Of a stretch of 64,000 nt of DNA, positions 50,101-62,431 are shown in pieces. This DNA comes from Tricharina praecox. Its lineage: Eukaryota. Under the pieces are notes generated by a model. That model was not told the DNA's origin. It ran no database searches and saw only the letters and a program-made list of their open reading frames with translations. A program made the position numbers and the translations under genes. Position 1 is the first letter of the stretch; each line of letters opens with the position of its first letter. Where the stretch lies: NCBI RefSeq assembly GCF_024521635.1, contig NW_026250427.1:62001-126000 (forward strand), given 5' to 3'.

Positions 50101-51954
50101 GCCTCCCTTCTCCGCAGCGTGGAGCGCCGGAAGCTGTGCGAGCACCATCTCGACCGCAAGGTCCCACGACTGCCACAGCGGATGATGGTGAGTTTCCGGC
50201 AGTGCGGGAGATGATATTGGGTGACAGTGATGTACACGCATGATCCTCTGACTGAGCAAAAAGTTTCTGAATAGAGCGGCGACCATAAGGTCCTGCCTGA
50301 ACAGCTTCTTGAACAGCGGACGCGGGAGGGTGTTCCACGCAATGGTATCGGTGATGGCAGTGAAAATCCAATTCAGTTCTCCCAGGGGTGTTCTACGCTC
50401 CTGGAGACGTCCGGGGATCTTCATTGCCATTTCCATTGGCAGCGTTGACGGCAGTGGATTTTGCAGAACAAAAAACCGTACTGCGATTTCGATCGGTGTC
50501 GTCAAGCAACAGGTAAACAGATCCGCCGGAAGCTCCGGGTTCATCGGTAGTGTCTCCTTGCTGCTGCAAGCTGCCAGCTGGATGCAGTCGGCATACGACG
50601 AGGTATTCAATGCCAACGGATCTCTAGCCCGCTGTTCCATCGCCTCCTGCTCGTGCTTCTCGATAAACCTGTTGAAATTGGTAACAATGTTCCCGGCATC
50701 GCTGCAGTCGTACACGAAGAGACTGGGCGCTCCCAACCAGCTCTGCAAGTCGTACAGAGAAATCGGGATGTACTGGGTAAAGTTCTTATTGAAGACCCAG
50801 ATCTCACCGCTTGACGTCGGCTTCGGCACACCGTGGCCATTGTAGTGAAACAAGATCCTCTCGTCCTTCGCATTACGACGGAGCGAGCAGCAAAACTTCT
50901 TCGTATCTTCAACGAAGGGGTCCAGGTACTGTTTGTATCTTGTGCGGATGCTCAAAGTCTCATACTGCTGCTGGAGGTTCTTTCCGATCATTTCGAGCGC
51001 CTTCGCCGCGGGGTGAGCCGTGGTATCGACCCAGCACTCGAGCTTCGCGCACGGATTCGTCTTGACGATGTCGGGCGGATCGACGCCGATGTTCAGGCAC
51101 AGCACCAGCGCCGCAGACACCGTCTTGAGCCGGTCGCGCATCCGCCACTCCTGCAGCGGGAAGTGCTGCGTCTCCGCCTTGGGATTGCCGCCCGTCTCGT
51201 GCCGCTTGTCTGTGTAGTACATGTAGAACACCTGTCATCGCGCCAGAGTCAGCGGGGGATTGATTACCACACAACATCTCTCCACCACCATCGGGGGGAC
51301 GTGTCCACAGACCTGCTCCAGCACCGCCAAATAGTCCTCCGAGTTGTACTCATCCTCGAAACCATGTCTCATGCGGTGAAAATCGATGCCTCCCAGTTCC
51401 GCGCGGGGGCTCATCGCGCCGTCGGAGCCATCGATGCTGCCATTCGGCGTGTAGATAGTGTGCTGGCCGAGCCTAGGCGTAGTGGGGGTAGTGGGCGTTC
51501 TCCGCCGCGAGCTCGACCTGCTCCCCGGACGTGAGTTCGGCGCAGACCGTAGCGTCTGCCGCAGCAGCTCCGCCGCTGGCTCCCCGGGCGCCACGGCGAG
51601 CGTGTTGCGCTTCACGACGGCCGGTGTCGACGCTGTTAGCATCGTTGTGTTGAGCTTGGGCGGGTACGTTGGTGGGTGGATGTGGTGAGGGTGGCCTCCG
51701 GTCTGCCCTCCCATCTGTCCCCCGACGGTCGGTCCGCCCTGAGGGTGCTGGCTCGGGTTCTGGCTCTGGCTGCCGTTCGGGTGCGCGCTCATGGTGTTGC
51801 TGCTGCTCGCGACGAGTGGTGGTGGAAGGGACGGAGGTTGCCGAGTGTATTGCTGTGGGTTGGGTTGGGTCAACATCTGCACGTGTGACGCTGACGGAGC
51901 AGCAGCAGCGCGTGGCGACGGTGGTCGTTGCGGTTGCGAGTTTATGGCGACCAT
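47196..51954 (-). CDS. KOG1: TORC1 subunit Raptor/Kog1/Mip1
   Basis: Exons 51954-51313, 51231-47878, 47823-47486, 47415-47196, with canonical introns. RNC domain (WRMRDRLKTVSAALVLCLNIGVDPPD, LFHYNGHGVPKP), HEAT region and WD40 C-terminus (LAFHPHRMMLAC). Confidence 0.96.
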
Positions 51955-52772
51955 GGTTCGCACCGACGACGGTGTCGGCGGTGGGGATAGCTAAACGACG
52001 AACGTAACGTGGCGGAAGATTGCGTTTGCCACTGCCGTCTATAATATCTCTCTTTCTCTCTCTCAAGATCCCGCTGCGCGGAGTATCGTGGTTACGGTGG
52101 GTTGGTTTGTGGGAAATCGGAGCGTAGGTATAGGTAGTAGGTAACTTGCAAGCAGGCAATTGCAACGGAGTCGACAGTACGGAACGGAGCTATGGTTCAG
52201 GACATGGAGTAGAGTGTATCGTCGTTCGAGTTGAGTTCGTCGCTACATAAATTTCGAAAAGGTAGATATGATATGTAGGTCCTCGAAGAAGTGATGATGA
52301 AGTGAAGTGGCAGCCTGAATCGCTAACGATCTGTCTAACTGCGTTGGTGCGACCGGACGGCGAGCCGACAGTAAGCACTTCGCTTGGCGGAGGTGAAGGC
52401 GCAGGGCCCTGGACTTTGGAGGGTATGCGTGAAATCACGTGGACGACCGGGCGATTGTCTGCACGTTGGTGCGCAATGGTGGGATATTATACTGGTATTA
52501 TGGGGTAGTTATCTGGAGAGGGATACGGCAAAGTGACTCGAGCCCGAACAATTGGTGGCAGTTATGTAGCAGGCTTGTGCTCAATCTCTAATGGGAGTGC
52601 GGTAACGAGACCCGCTCAACACCTGTCACCAACCAACTCACGTGACAAGAAGCCATTGAATGATTGCTCGATGTCCAGTGTCCACATGCCCGGAGTTTAA
52701 AGGGCAGAAATGAGAAGAGCACCAATATATTTGCACCTATAATAGGGTCTGCTCGGCAATCCTCATTGCTTA

Positions 52773-53295
52773 GAGCCCGTTTGGATGCCCTCAGTTTTCA
52801 GTTCCACTCCCAGTTCCAGAGCCAAAACTTAAATCCAGCTCCCCTCCGCTCCGGGTCACCGAATACCGTACCATCCAGTTTCAGTTTCAGTTTCCGGAAA
52901 ACCTTGAGGTGAAGTTTGACTAGGGTGTTTGGCAGTTCTCAGTACCTACCGTATACTCAGCCATAAGTCTGAAAAACTTAAATAGGCTTCACCGGAACTT
53001 TAATAGTAGATAGACACATTATAGCTCCGCTTGTCGGAAGGGGGGTCCATGGTTGAAGACTTGAAGTTAAAATGCGGTACCGGTACCGGTACTGAGTGGT
53101 GGGGAAGAAAAAACCGCCAGACTCCAGAGGTCAGTTCCCGTTTCATCGCCGGAGAGGCAGTGCCGCACAGTTTCGGTTTTTTTCTTCTTCTCGGTTTTTG
53201 TGCCATACAAATAGGGATGCAGTTTTGTTCGCTTGGTTTCTTGATCTCGAAAAATTGGCAGTTTTTGCTAAGCCTGAGGGTATCCAAACGGGCCC
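52773..53295. mobile_element. 523-bp MITE with PIF/Harbinger (Tourist)-like TIRs
   Basis: Left gagcccgtttggatgccctcag; reverse complement of right gggcccgtttggataccctcag (20/22). Flanked by TTA on the left and TAA on the right; AT-richer non-coding interior. Confidence 0.82.
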
Positions 53296-54150
53296 TAATT
53301 GAAGCTCTGAACGCCGATAGAGTTCTTTACTCTACCCAATCTACGGCCCCAAGGTATGCATACCATAGGAGGAGGAAGTAGTATGCCAAAAGCACCGCTT
53401 TATCCACTCACTATCGCATCCGACCTCCATTCGACCTCCCACAGGTGTCGAGCCGCGCCCCGGATCTATTTCATGAGCGCCTGTATCTTCGCCCGAGTCA
53501 CATACCGTGAATCCAACCCTCCGCCAGCGGCCAGCCTCGCCAACTCAACGCGGCGACGCATCACGGTGGCTTTATGCCCTCCACGCCCTCCAAACTATGA
53601 ATTGAACCCATCCCACTTGGTCCGTAGTCGACAGATCGCGTGTGTGAGCAACAGCCTAAGGACTAGGCAGAAGCGTGTGCACTCTACATACAGGTAAGGC
53701 CGATGTACACTAGGTACTACTATCATAGGTACTATATCTACATCGCCCCGGAGTCCCTCGGGAGCCTAACGGCTGTCGACGGAATACCCAGCCCACCGCG
53801 ACCGTCCAGACTCCGGATAAGCCCCGGGCTCGAGTGCTTGCGCATGTCTTATAGAATACCTGGGTAGAACCTCGCAGGGACCATGTCACCTTGGAGCAAG
53901 TACAACAGCGGCCCAGTCGCTCTTAATGGTCTGATTCTCTACTCCCCATACTCCCCATACTCCTCTCCAGTTACTCCCGTCAGCAGACCCGCGCCGCGCC
54001 ACAGTGTCGTTTCGTTTCGTTTCTCAAGCGGGCATGCCGCCCTACTGCCCTGGTTCTGCGGCGAGGACCGGGTCGATCGTGGGTTACACGGACGCGGAAA
54101 CAGCCTCCACATTGCACAACCGCGGCGAATAAAGTGTCCACTGGCCGCGC

Positions 54151-54229
54151 AGAGACGAAGACAAAGACAGAGACGAAGACAAAGACAGAGACGAAGATAA
54201 AGACAGAGACGAAGACAAAGACAGAGACA
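54151..54229. repeat. 18-bp tandem repeat (AGAGACGAAGACAAAGAC) x4 plus partial unit
   Basis: Directly visible. Confidence 0.9.
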
Positions 54230-56635
54230 AAGATAGAACCGCCGGCCGGTCTCGTATGTAAACGTCACTGGGTTTATTCTCTGCTGCCTCGTCCGCATAC
54301 GGTACGGTATGGAGGGAGCTCGTGCCAAGCAGCAATTGCCGCTGCCAGACTCCAGTGACTCCTCACACGCTCGCGCTGCGATGTCGAAGTGTCGAGGTAC
54401 CTGTTGTATGCAGATATCGCAGCCAACAGGAATCCTCCTCGACTCGACTCGGGATGCAGCGACTCGTTCGTTCGTTCTCCAGCAACCAACATTCTTCCGC
54501 TAGCGCACGGCGGGCTGGGTACCGTACCAAGGATTGTTCCCCAGTCCCGACTCCCCAGTCCGCACGCCGCACGCACGACGCCAACCCCTTTCCGCGCGTA
54601 GATTTGCAGGGGCCAGATCTGAAACACGCGAGTCCACCAAAATGGAAGAAACGAGGGAAGAGAAGATGGAAGGAGAAAAAAAATAGAAAAGAGAAAAGAA
54701 GGGAAGAAAAAAAAAGAACAACCGGAATGCCGCCGCCCAGGGTAGGTGGTGATGTTCCGCACGCTTCCGCCGTGGATACAGATATGCTATGTAGGCAGCA
54801 GCGGGCGCCGGGCGGAACGGGTGTGGCTGGACTGGACGGGACGGAGACGTCGATGATGTCGGCGCTCGCGGGCGTGTGGGATGGCGCCCTGGCTGGAGGC
54901 GAGCGCCGGTAGGGCGGCCATACTCTAGTATCTGGAGCTCCCTGGGGAGTCTGGTTGTGGTACCTACTGGTGGTTCGGTGTCCACTGTCCACTGTCCACT
55001 GTCGGGCATGATCCAGCTGTCGCCGTGAATAGATTGAAGATCAGCCAGCGTCATCAGCACCACCAGCGTCACCAGCATCACCGTGGCTGTCCTGTCAGTC
55101 AAAGTCAGCACGCATACACCCGCAGCATCCCCATCCCCATCCCCCGATCACTCCCATAAATGCCATCCCATCCACCACAACCACCCCTTCCTCCTTCCCC
55201 CGATTGTATGTGGTATGTAGCTTGTTGGTTCGGTTGGTCGGTTGGTTGGTTACATGCCCACTTTGACTCTGGTCCTCGTATACGGAGAGGAAGGGAGGGA
55301 GGGTGGGAGGGAGGAGGGAAGGGGGTAGCATATAGTAGCCAAGGTCCATCTCTAGGCGGCGGGTCTGCATCTGTGCGACGACCCACGGATCAAGCAGAAT
55401 AGAGTAGCGGAAAGCAAGCAGGCAAGCAAGCCAGACATGCCATGGCAGGAACGCAAGCCGCAGCAGCAGCGGTAATCGGTAGAGTTTGCGGAAGAGGAAT
55501 AGGGTGAATGGAGGTGGAGGTGGAGGTGGAGGTCAGAGTGAGGCGGTCAAGGTGGAGAAGAACCCAAAGGCAGAATGGGGGGAGGTATAAGCACTGGAAG
55601 CACTGGAAGCAAATCAAGCAAAGCAGGCGACCAAGCAGGCAAGCCATCTCTCCATCCATCTGCCATCGATATCGAACCTCCCCATCCATCTCCCCTTCCC
55701 GGGAAAAAAAAGAAGCCCGTCCAAAACAGCCTGCACGCACCTTTTAGTTAGGGGGTCTTCCGCGCATTTACTGGGGTTTCCAATCTCCTTCCACCGCTAA
55801 TCCCACCCGCATCATCATCATATCCCCCGAAACCGAATCTGTCTGTCCCGTCCGCCAGTCTGTCGTGTCGCGTCTTCTGCTTCTTCGACTTCACCCACCA
55901 ACACCGCCTCCACCCCCCCTTCCCCCCCTTCCCCCCCTGTCCCCCTACTAATTCATTGGCATCGCACGCACGCCAGGCTTGCTGCGATTGTCCTTCTTCT
56001 TCTTCCCGTCTCGCCCTTCTCCGTAGATACTCTCCGTATCCCCATCACCCACCCACCACACCCCCCTACGTTTTCCTTTCGGCTTCGCGGCGTTTTCCCT
56101 TTTCTTCGCTCGTTTTTGACAGATGAAGTAAGAAGAAGAAGAAAGAGACAGTTCTAGAGTTCGGGACTCCTGGACACAGACAGACACAGAAACAGACACG
56201 CCCGCAAGCAGGCTTAACTGACCGCAAGACGGGAAAGGCAGTGACGACGTGCCGGACAGAAATAACTGGGAGGATCGTTGTTCATCATAATCACCATCGC
56301 CATCTTCCTTGACCCAGCCACCCCCGACGAAGCGAACCAAGCCCGCCCACCGGCCAGCCCGCCCGCCCGCCCAATAAACCCACCCCTCCCCACCCCCCTC
56401 CCACCCACACCCCCCCCGAAAGACGCCTTCCGATCTTTCTGGAGACGAGTAATTTCGACCATCTATTGCCCTTCCTCTCCCCGCCGGCATCACGTCTCCT
56501 CCCGCGGCTACCACAGCAAGCAGCAGCAGCACCAGTAAACGGGCAAGCAGGCGCCTCTCCCAGAGCTCTTCACCGACGACGGGAGGTGGTGGACGTGTCA
56601 AAAAGGCCAATCGCTTCTCGAGCTACAGAAACACG

Positions 56636-59600
56636 ATGGCTTTCCTCTTTGGCAAGAAAAAGGGGAATCATCGTGATGGACCTCCCTCCACTGGGGGAGG
56701 AGGACCTACCTCAGCCGCTGTCACCACTCCTCCGAGCTCCATGAACACCTCCCTCAACAGCCTCGGTGGCGGCGACGGGGGCTCACCGAATACGCGGCCT
56801 ATGGCTCCGCCGCAGCAGCAGCAACAGCAACAGCAGCAACCGCGACCACAGCAGCCGCACGGGCCCCATCACGCCCAAAGTGCGGAAGGGACACCTCCTG
56901 GTTCAGCTCAAGGGCGAATATTACAGGTATGTACCGAGCTTGATTGTTCCCCCATCCACAACCCGTTTCTATTCTGTTCGTCGTCCTCTTCTCTCCCATT
57001 GGATGTCTTGAGGGCGACAGATGGAGACTCACAATTGAGCTGATTTAGAAGCAGCAATCGCCTCAGGGACCACCACAGCCATCGCAAGGCAATTCGTCCC
57101 TCTACCCGTGGTCGCAACGACGCCTTACGCTGAACTCGTCGCATCCATCGCCCTTTCCGCGCTACGGCCATGCCGCCAATGCGGTCTCGAGCAAGGATGG
57201 AGACATCTACATCATGGGGGGTTTGATCAGGTCGCAGAACGTGCGCGGGGACCTGTGGATGATTGAGGGCGAGAGCGAACGACTGGAGTCGTATCCTGTG
57301 ATGACTACCAGCGAGGGTCCCGGCCCCAGAGTAGGGCACGCAAGCTTGCTGGTCGGCAATGCGTTCATTGGTTGGTTTTCTTTGTCAATCGCCGTTCACT
57401 GGGTGGGCTGTTTCTAACGGCAGCGCGCAGTTTTTGGCGGTGATACCAAGCTGGACGAGAGAGACGTCCTGGATGAGACTTTATATCTTCTCAACACATG
57501 TAAGTTTCTCAGCTCATCGCTATCCAACTCTCCTGGCGATTCTTTGCCGCTGACGGGGGGTTCGAAATGTCATAGCTACACGACAATGGTCGCGTGCTAG
57601 TCCGCATGGGCGGCCGTCCGGGCGCTACGGCCATACCCTGAACATCCTAGGCTCCAAGTTGTACATATTTGGTGGTCAGGTCGATACAGTTTTTTTCAAC
57701 GATCTCGTGGCGTTTGATCTCAACACGCTTCAGCATGTCGGTTCGAAGTGGGATGTTCTTGTACCAGCTGTGGAGGGTAGCACCGATGTGCCGGCGAGTA
57801 GGACAAACCACACCATGGTGACATGGAACGACAAGCTCTTCCTGTGGGTCTCGCGCTCTGTGTTGCGTGCGCGTAAGCGAAAGGGAAAAATCTGGCTGAC
57901 AACTTGGTGATTAGATTCGGTGGAACGAACGGACTCGAGTGGTTCAACGACGTGTGGTCCTACGATCCACGGACCAACCAATGGACCCAGCTGGATTGCA
58001 TCGGTTTCATTCCATCGCCTCGGGAAGGCCATGCGGCGTCACTGGTTGGTGATGTGATGTACATCTTTGGTGGACGATCATCCGAAGGAACGGATCTGGG
58101 CGATCTGGCTGCGTTCCGGATATCGTCACGAAGGTGGTACACATTCCAAAACATGGGCCCCTCACCTTCACCGCGATCAGGTCACACGATGTCTACCGTC
58201 GGAGCCAAGATCGTTGTGCTCGGAGGAGAACCCAGTGTTCCGGCGCGGTCACAAGAGGAGCTGCAGCTTGTCTACGTGTTGGATACCGCGAAAATTCGGT
58301 ATCCTACCGACAATCCCGCCCAGCCCTCGCCGACGGATCGCAACAGAGTGGTGGGGCCACAGCAACAACAGAGGGGACAAGGACCTTCGGCGCTGGGCTC
58401 GAGGAATGGCTCCGTTGATGGACCGTTGAATGGTCCCGGACGGCAACCGCAGGGACCACCGGGGCCGCAGAAGCCGGTTCCCCGGGAGAGTCTGATGGGG
58501 TCGTCACCGCCTTCCGGTGGAATCGGCCCACAACAAGGCAACAATCAAGGCAACAATCAAGGTAACAATCAAGCCAATAACAATAACAATAACGCTTCCA
58601 TTGGACCTGGGGGATCGCGGCTACCCCGCGCGTCGTTAGGAACCCAACCCCCGGGCCCACCACCGATACAACAGGCGCCTGCTCCCCGGGCGAATGGAGC
58701 CCCACCCGGCGGTCCAGGTCCGATCAATAAGACGAATGCTGGCCCGGTCGCGAGGGGCAAAGAGAATGTTTCTCCTGTCCAGGACAACTCGCCTGCAGCT
58801 GCGAATGGAAAGCGTGCACCTACGACGCAGAAGAGGGATACAAGAGAAGGGCCGCGGTCGGGATCCCGGCAGCACCAGCACCAGCAACAACAGAGCATTG
58901 ACAGTTTGAATGGCCCAATATTTGAAGAGCCGGAACCGATATCACCTCAGCCACAGCAGCAGCAAGCCCCACAGAGACCCTCCATTGATGTTCGTGCGCC
59001 TTCCGATCAGCCAACCATCCCAGACTCTCTTAGCCCAGTCGGATCGCAACAGCCTCTCCCGAGTTTCGGTGGCTTAGTGGCCGACAAGAATCCTGGCCTT
59101 GAGTCTGAGGAGTTCGAGAAGTTGAGGAGTGTTAACGACTGGTATGCGTCCGAGCTCGCACTTGCGCGACGGGCTGGCTACACACCGCAGACCAACCACA
59201 GTGCGCTGCTCGAAGACCGTGGAAGGGACTTACTCGCCGATGACGACCGGCCTTTCGTGGAAGCTATGCTTGCGCTAAAGGGTGAGCTTGTCAAAGTCCA
59301 AACACAGCTCGACGTTCAGTCCACCGAGGCGGCCAAGCGCATGCAGGATATCGAGCGGCAACGAGACGTCGCCTTCCAGGAGGCTGTCTACGCGAAGGCG
59401 AAGCTCGCAGCGCTGGGCGGTCCCGTATCTCCCATTCCCGGCGACAAATCATCCGACGCGGCTTCAATGGACCAGGAGAAGATGACGGACATGAGCCGAA
59501 AACTTGCCGCATCATTGTCAGCGCAAGCCGACCTGAGCGCCAAAGTACAGGTGTTGACGCAGGAGGTTGCGGCAGAGAAGAAGGCGCGGTATCTCGCCGA

Positions 59601-61566
59601 CGAAATGGCTTCTACTGCTCAGCGCAGGATAGCGGAGCTGGACGAGTATCGCAACCGCGCGGCGTCGGAGATCGAAAACCTTCGTGCAGAACTGCTGGAT
59701 GCCGGAAAGGCCTACCGCGACGAGGCGGCGCTTGGCCAGGAGGCCGCCGCGGACGTAAAGCTCCTGCGGATCGACCAGGCCGAACTGACCGAGCGTCTGA
59801 CGGAGGTCCTGGCCGAGAACAGGAACTACCAGGGCTCCCTCGAACAACTCAGCAAAGCCATGCAGATCAACAACTCCAAGAGCAGCACGCTTGAACGGCA
59901 GCTCGAAGAGGAGCGGCAGACCAAGGAGGCGCTGGAGCGGAAACTGGCGCAGCTGCGAAGCGAAAACGAGGAGAAGTCGGCGGATCTGCAGAGTGTTAAC
60001 CAGCGGTTGAAGGACGTCGAGGAGATGATGGAGACGTATGCCGAGGAGGCGAAGGCTGCAAATGCGGTCATGGCTGCCGGACTGGATAAGGTCACCGCGC
60101 GGGAACCGCAGAATATGCTGACCAGCGCTGTCGAGGAGCGCGTGATGGTCCTGCAAGAGCAGGTGGTCAATACCCAGGCGCTCCTGTCGAAGAGTAAATC
60201 GCAGGCGGATGAGACCGGCGAGAAGCTGGCCGAGGCTATGCAGCGTGTGGCGGGATTGGAGTTCCAACAGGGACAGTCCAGTAAGGACTCCATCGCGCTC
60301 CGGAGACGCATGGCGGAGGTTAGCGATGACGCTCGGCGACTGAAGCAGGAGAACGCGGAGATGGTCAATCAGCTCGGTCAAAAACAGCTCGAAGTCGATG
60401 CCGTCTCTGCGAAGCACAATGCCCTCAAGAAGATCCTGCAAGAACGTGGTAGCCAGCCCAACCTTGACAAACGGCGATCCCGCAACCTGCAGAACCCCAG
60501 TCCTGAGTCCGGCACCGCAACGCCGGAGCAGCTCAACCGTCTGCGCGAGCTCGAGGCACGGCTGGAGGATAGTCTACGCGCCCACCGGGAAACGAAGAAT
60601 ACGGCGGAGATGCAGGCGCAGGAGGTCGAGAAGCACTTCCGGGAGAAGCTGGAACAGCTCGAGAATGACTACCAGGCCGCCGTGCACTACGTCAAGGGCA
60701 CCGAAAAGATGCTCAAACGCATGAAGGAGGAGCTGACGAAGTACAAGACGTCGAACGCGAGGCTGCAACAGGAGCTCGATGATGCGCGGCGCGGTGGCGC
60801 GGGTCTGCCGAAGCCGGAGAGGTCGGACAGCACTGAGTCGGATTGGGAGCAGGAGCGCGAGCTGCTCAATAAGGAGGTTGAGGACTTGCGCACGAAGGTC
60901 CGCGAATCGGCCACGGCGCTGGATAAGCAGATCCGCGAGACTAAGGCGCAACTCGACAACCTGCGCGAGGAGCGAGATCATCTCAAGAAGCAGCACTCGG
61001 AGATGCAATCGCAAGTCACGGAGCTGTCTCACCAGCAAACCGTCGCCCAGTCGATCCTCGAGCGTCTCGAGAACGAAAACGGGCTCCTCGAGAACCGCGC
61101 CCAAAGCGCCGAACAGAAGGTCTCGATGCTCCTGGATCAGGTCGAGAACTCGGTCGATGCCTACCGTCGCAGCATGCGGTTCGAGGGCCCCAACGGCGTC
61201 GTCCCCGAGTCCACACGGAGCAGCTACTATGCCGGCCCCGACAACCGCACCAGCATCGCGCTCGACTCGCTCGCGTCGGAACTCGACGCCCTGCGCAACC
61301 ACTGGGAGAGCAACAAGACGTACCGCCTCAGCACCACCACGTTCGACTTTGAGAAGTCGCCCAGCACCCCGATGCAGTCGGACTTCTCGAGTAACATCAC
61401 GCAGTGGAGACACAAGCTGGCGCAGGAAGATGAGGTCGCGAGGAGCGCCAGTAATAGTCGCCAGGGAATGAATGCTCCGAATGCGCCAGAGGCCGCGAGA
61501 GAGTCGAGAGAGAAGAGCTCACCGCCCACGCAGGCGACCGTCGCTGCTGGTGGCGGGGTAATATAG
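56636..61566 (+). CDS. teaA: Kelch-repeat/coiled-coil cell-end marker (TeaA/Tea1/Kel1)
   Basis: Exons 56636-56926, ~57049-57370, 57431-57499, 57576-57843, 57915-61566. MAFLFGKKK start; kelch repeats (YPWSQRRL, PFPRYGH, GPRVGH, GRYGH, PREGH, PRSGH); long coiled coil; LENDYQAAVHYVKGTEKML. Confidence 0.92.
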
Positions 61567-62281
61567 ATCTTTTTTTCTTTCTTCTTTTCTGTATTTCTTT
61601 TCTCTCACTGTGATTTGATGTTTTTATACCATTTTCTTTTTTTTTATCCGTGTGCTTATACTGTGCTGTGTCGTGTCGTCCCGTCGTCTGCTAGCTGTAC
61701 CTTATGTACTATTGTATTCCTTTCTTTCTTTCTCTCTTTCTTTCTTTCGTACTTTCTATCGACTACGCCGGGGGGTGATGATGATTGATATCTTTGTGTT
61801 TGGGAGCTCTCGGTGCGACTTTACTTCTGCTTTGTGTGTGTGTGTGTGTTTGACTGATGGTTGTAACTTGTAACGGAACGTGAAACCGGTAACTTAGGAC
61901 GGGGGTTAATGATTGTGCTTTTTTTTTCCGGCTTCGCAGTTTTTTTTAGTGATATATTATACTAAGTACCCTTTCACACTTCCAATTGGCTCCACCTTTG
62001 CTCTTTGCTCTTTGCTTTCGGTGCTGGTGCTGGTGCTGGTGCTGGTTTGGTCGTTTTTTTTGGCAATGGACTGGGGAATCGGGGCTTCAATTGTCTAAAG
62101 TTGTGTGTTGAGTTTTTTTATACACGGTTTTTCGTCGTGTTTTTGTGCGTTCTGCGTGTTTTGATTTGGCTGTCATAGTCGTTGTTTTAGTCGTCTTTCA
62201 AGTACTCGATAACCTTTTACTCTGGTTAAGAGATGATCAATGGCCATTGAACTTGGGGATTGTAGGTTGAAAATGTAAGCT

Positions 62282-62410
62282 GTTTTTTGGGGTCAATCAT
62301 CGTATCGTACCGGTGGCATTCGACCTGAGGAGAGTACGGTAGGTACTCTAGATCATCGCTGCGTAAGATGTATGGAGAGTACATGTCCGTTTCCGTTTCC
62401 GCTCCACAGT
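62282..62410 (-). mobile_element. Older, degenerate LINE 3'-end relic directly downstream of the main LINE fragment
   Basis: Minus strand ggaaacggacatgtac...gcgatgatctag...caggtcgaatgc...acgatgattgaccccaaaaaac repeats the tail motifs of the adjacent element, with small insertions. Confidence 0.55.
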
Positions 62411-62431
62411 CGGTTGGAAACAGGCCGCAGC

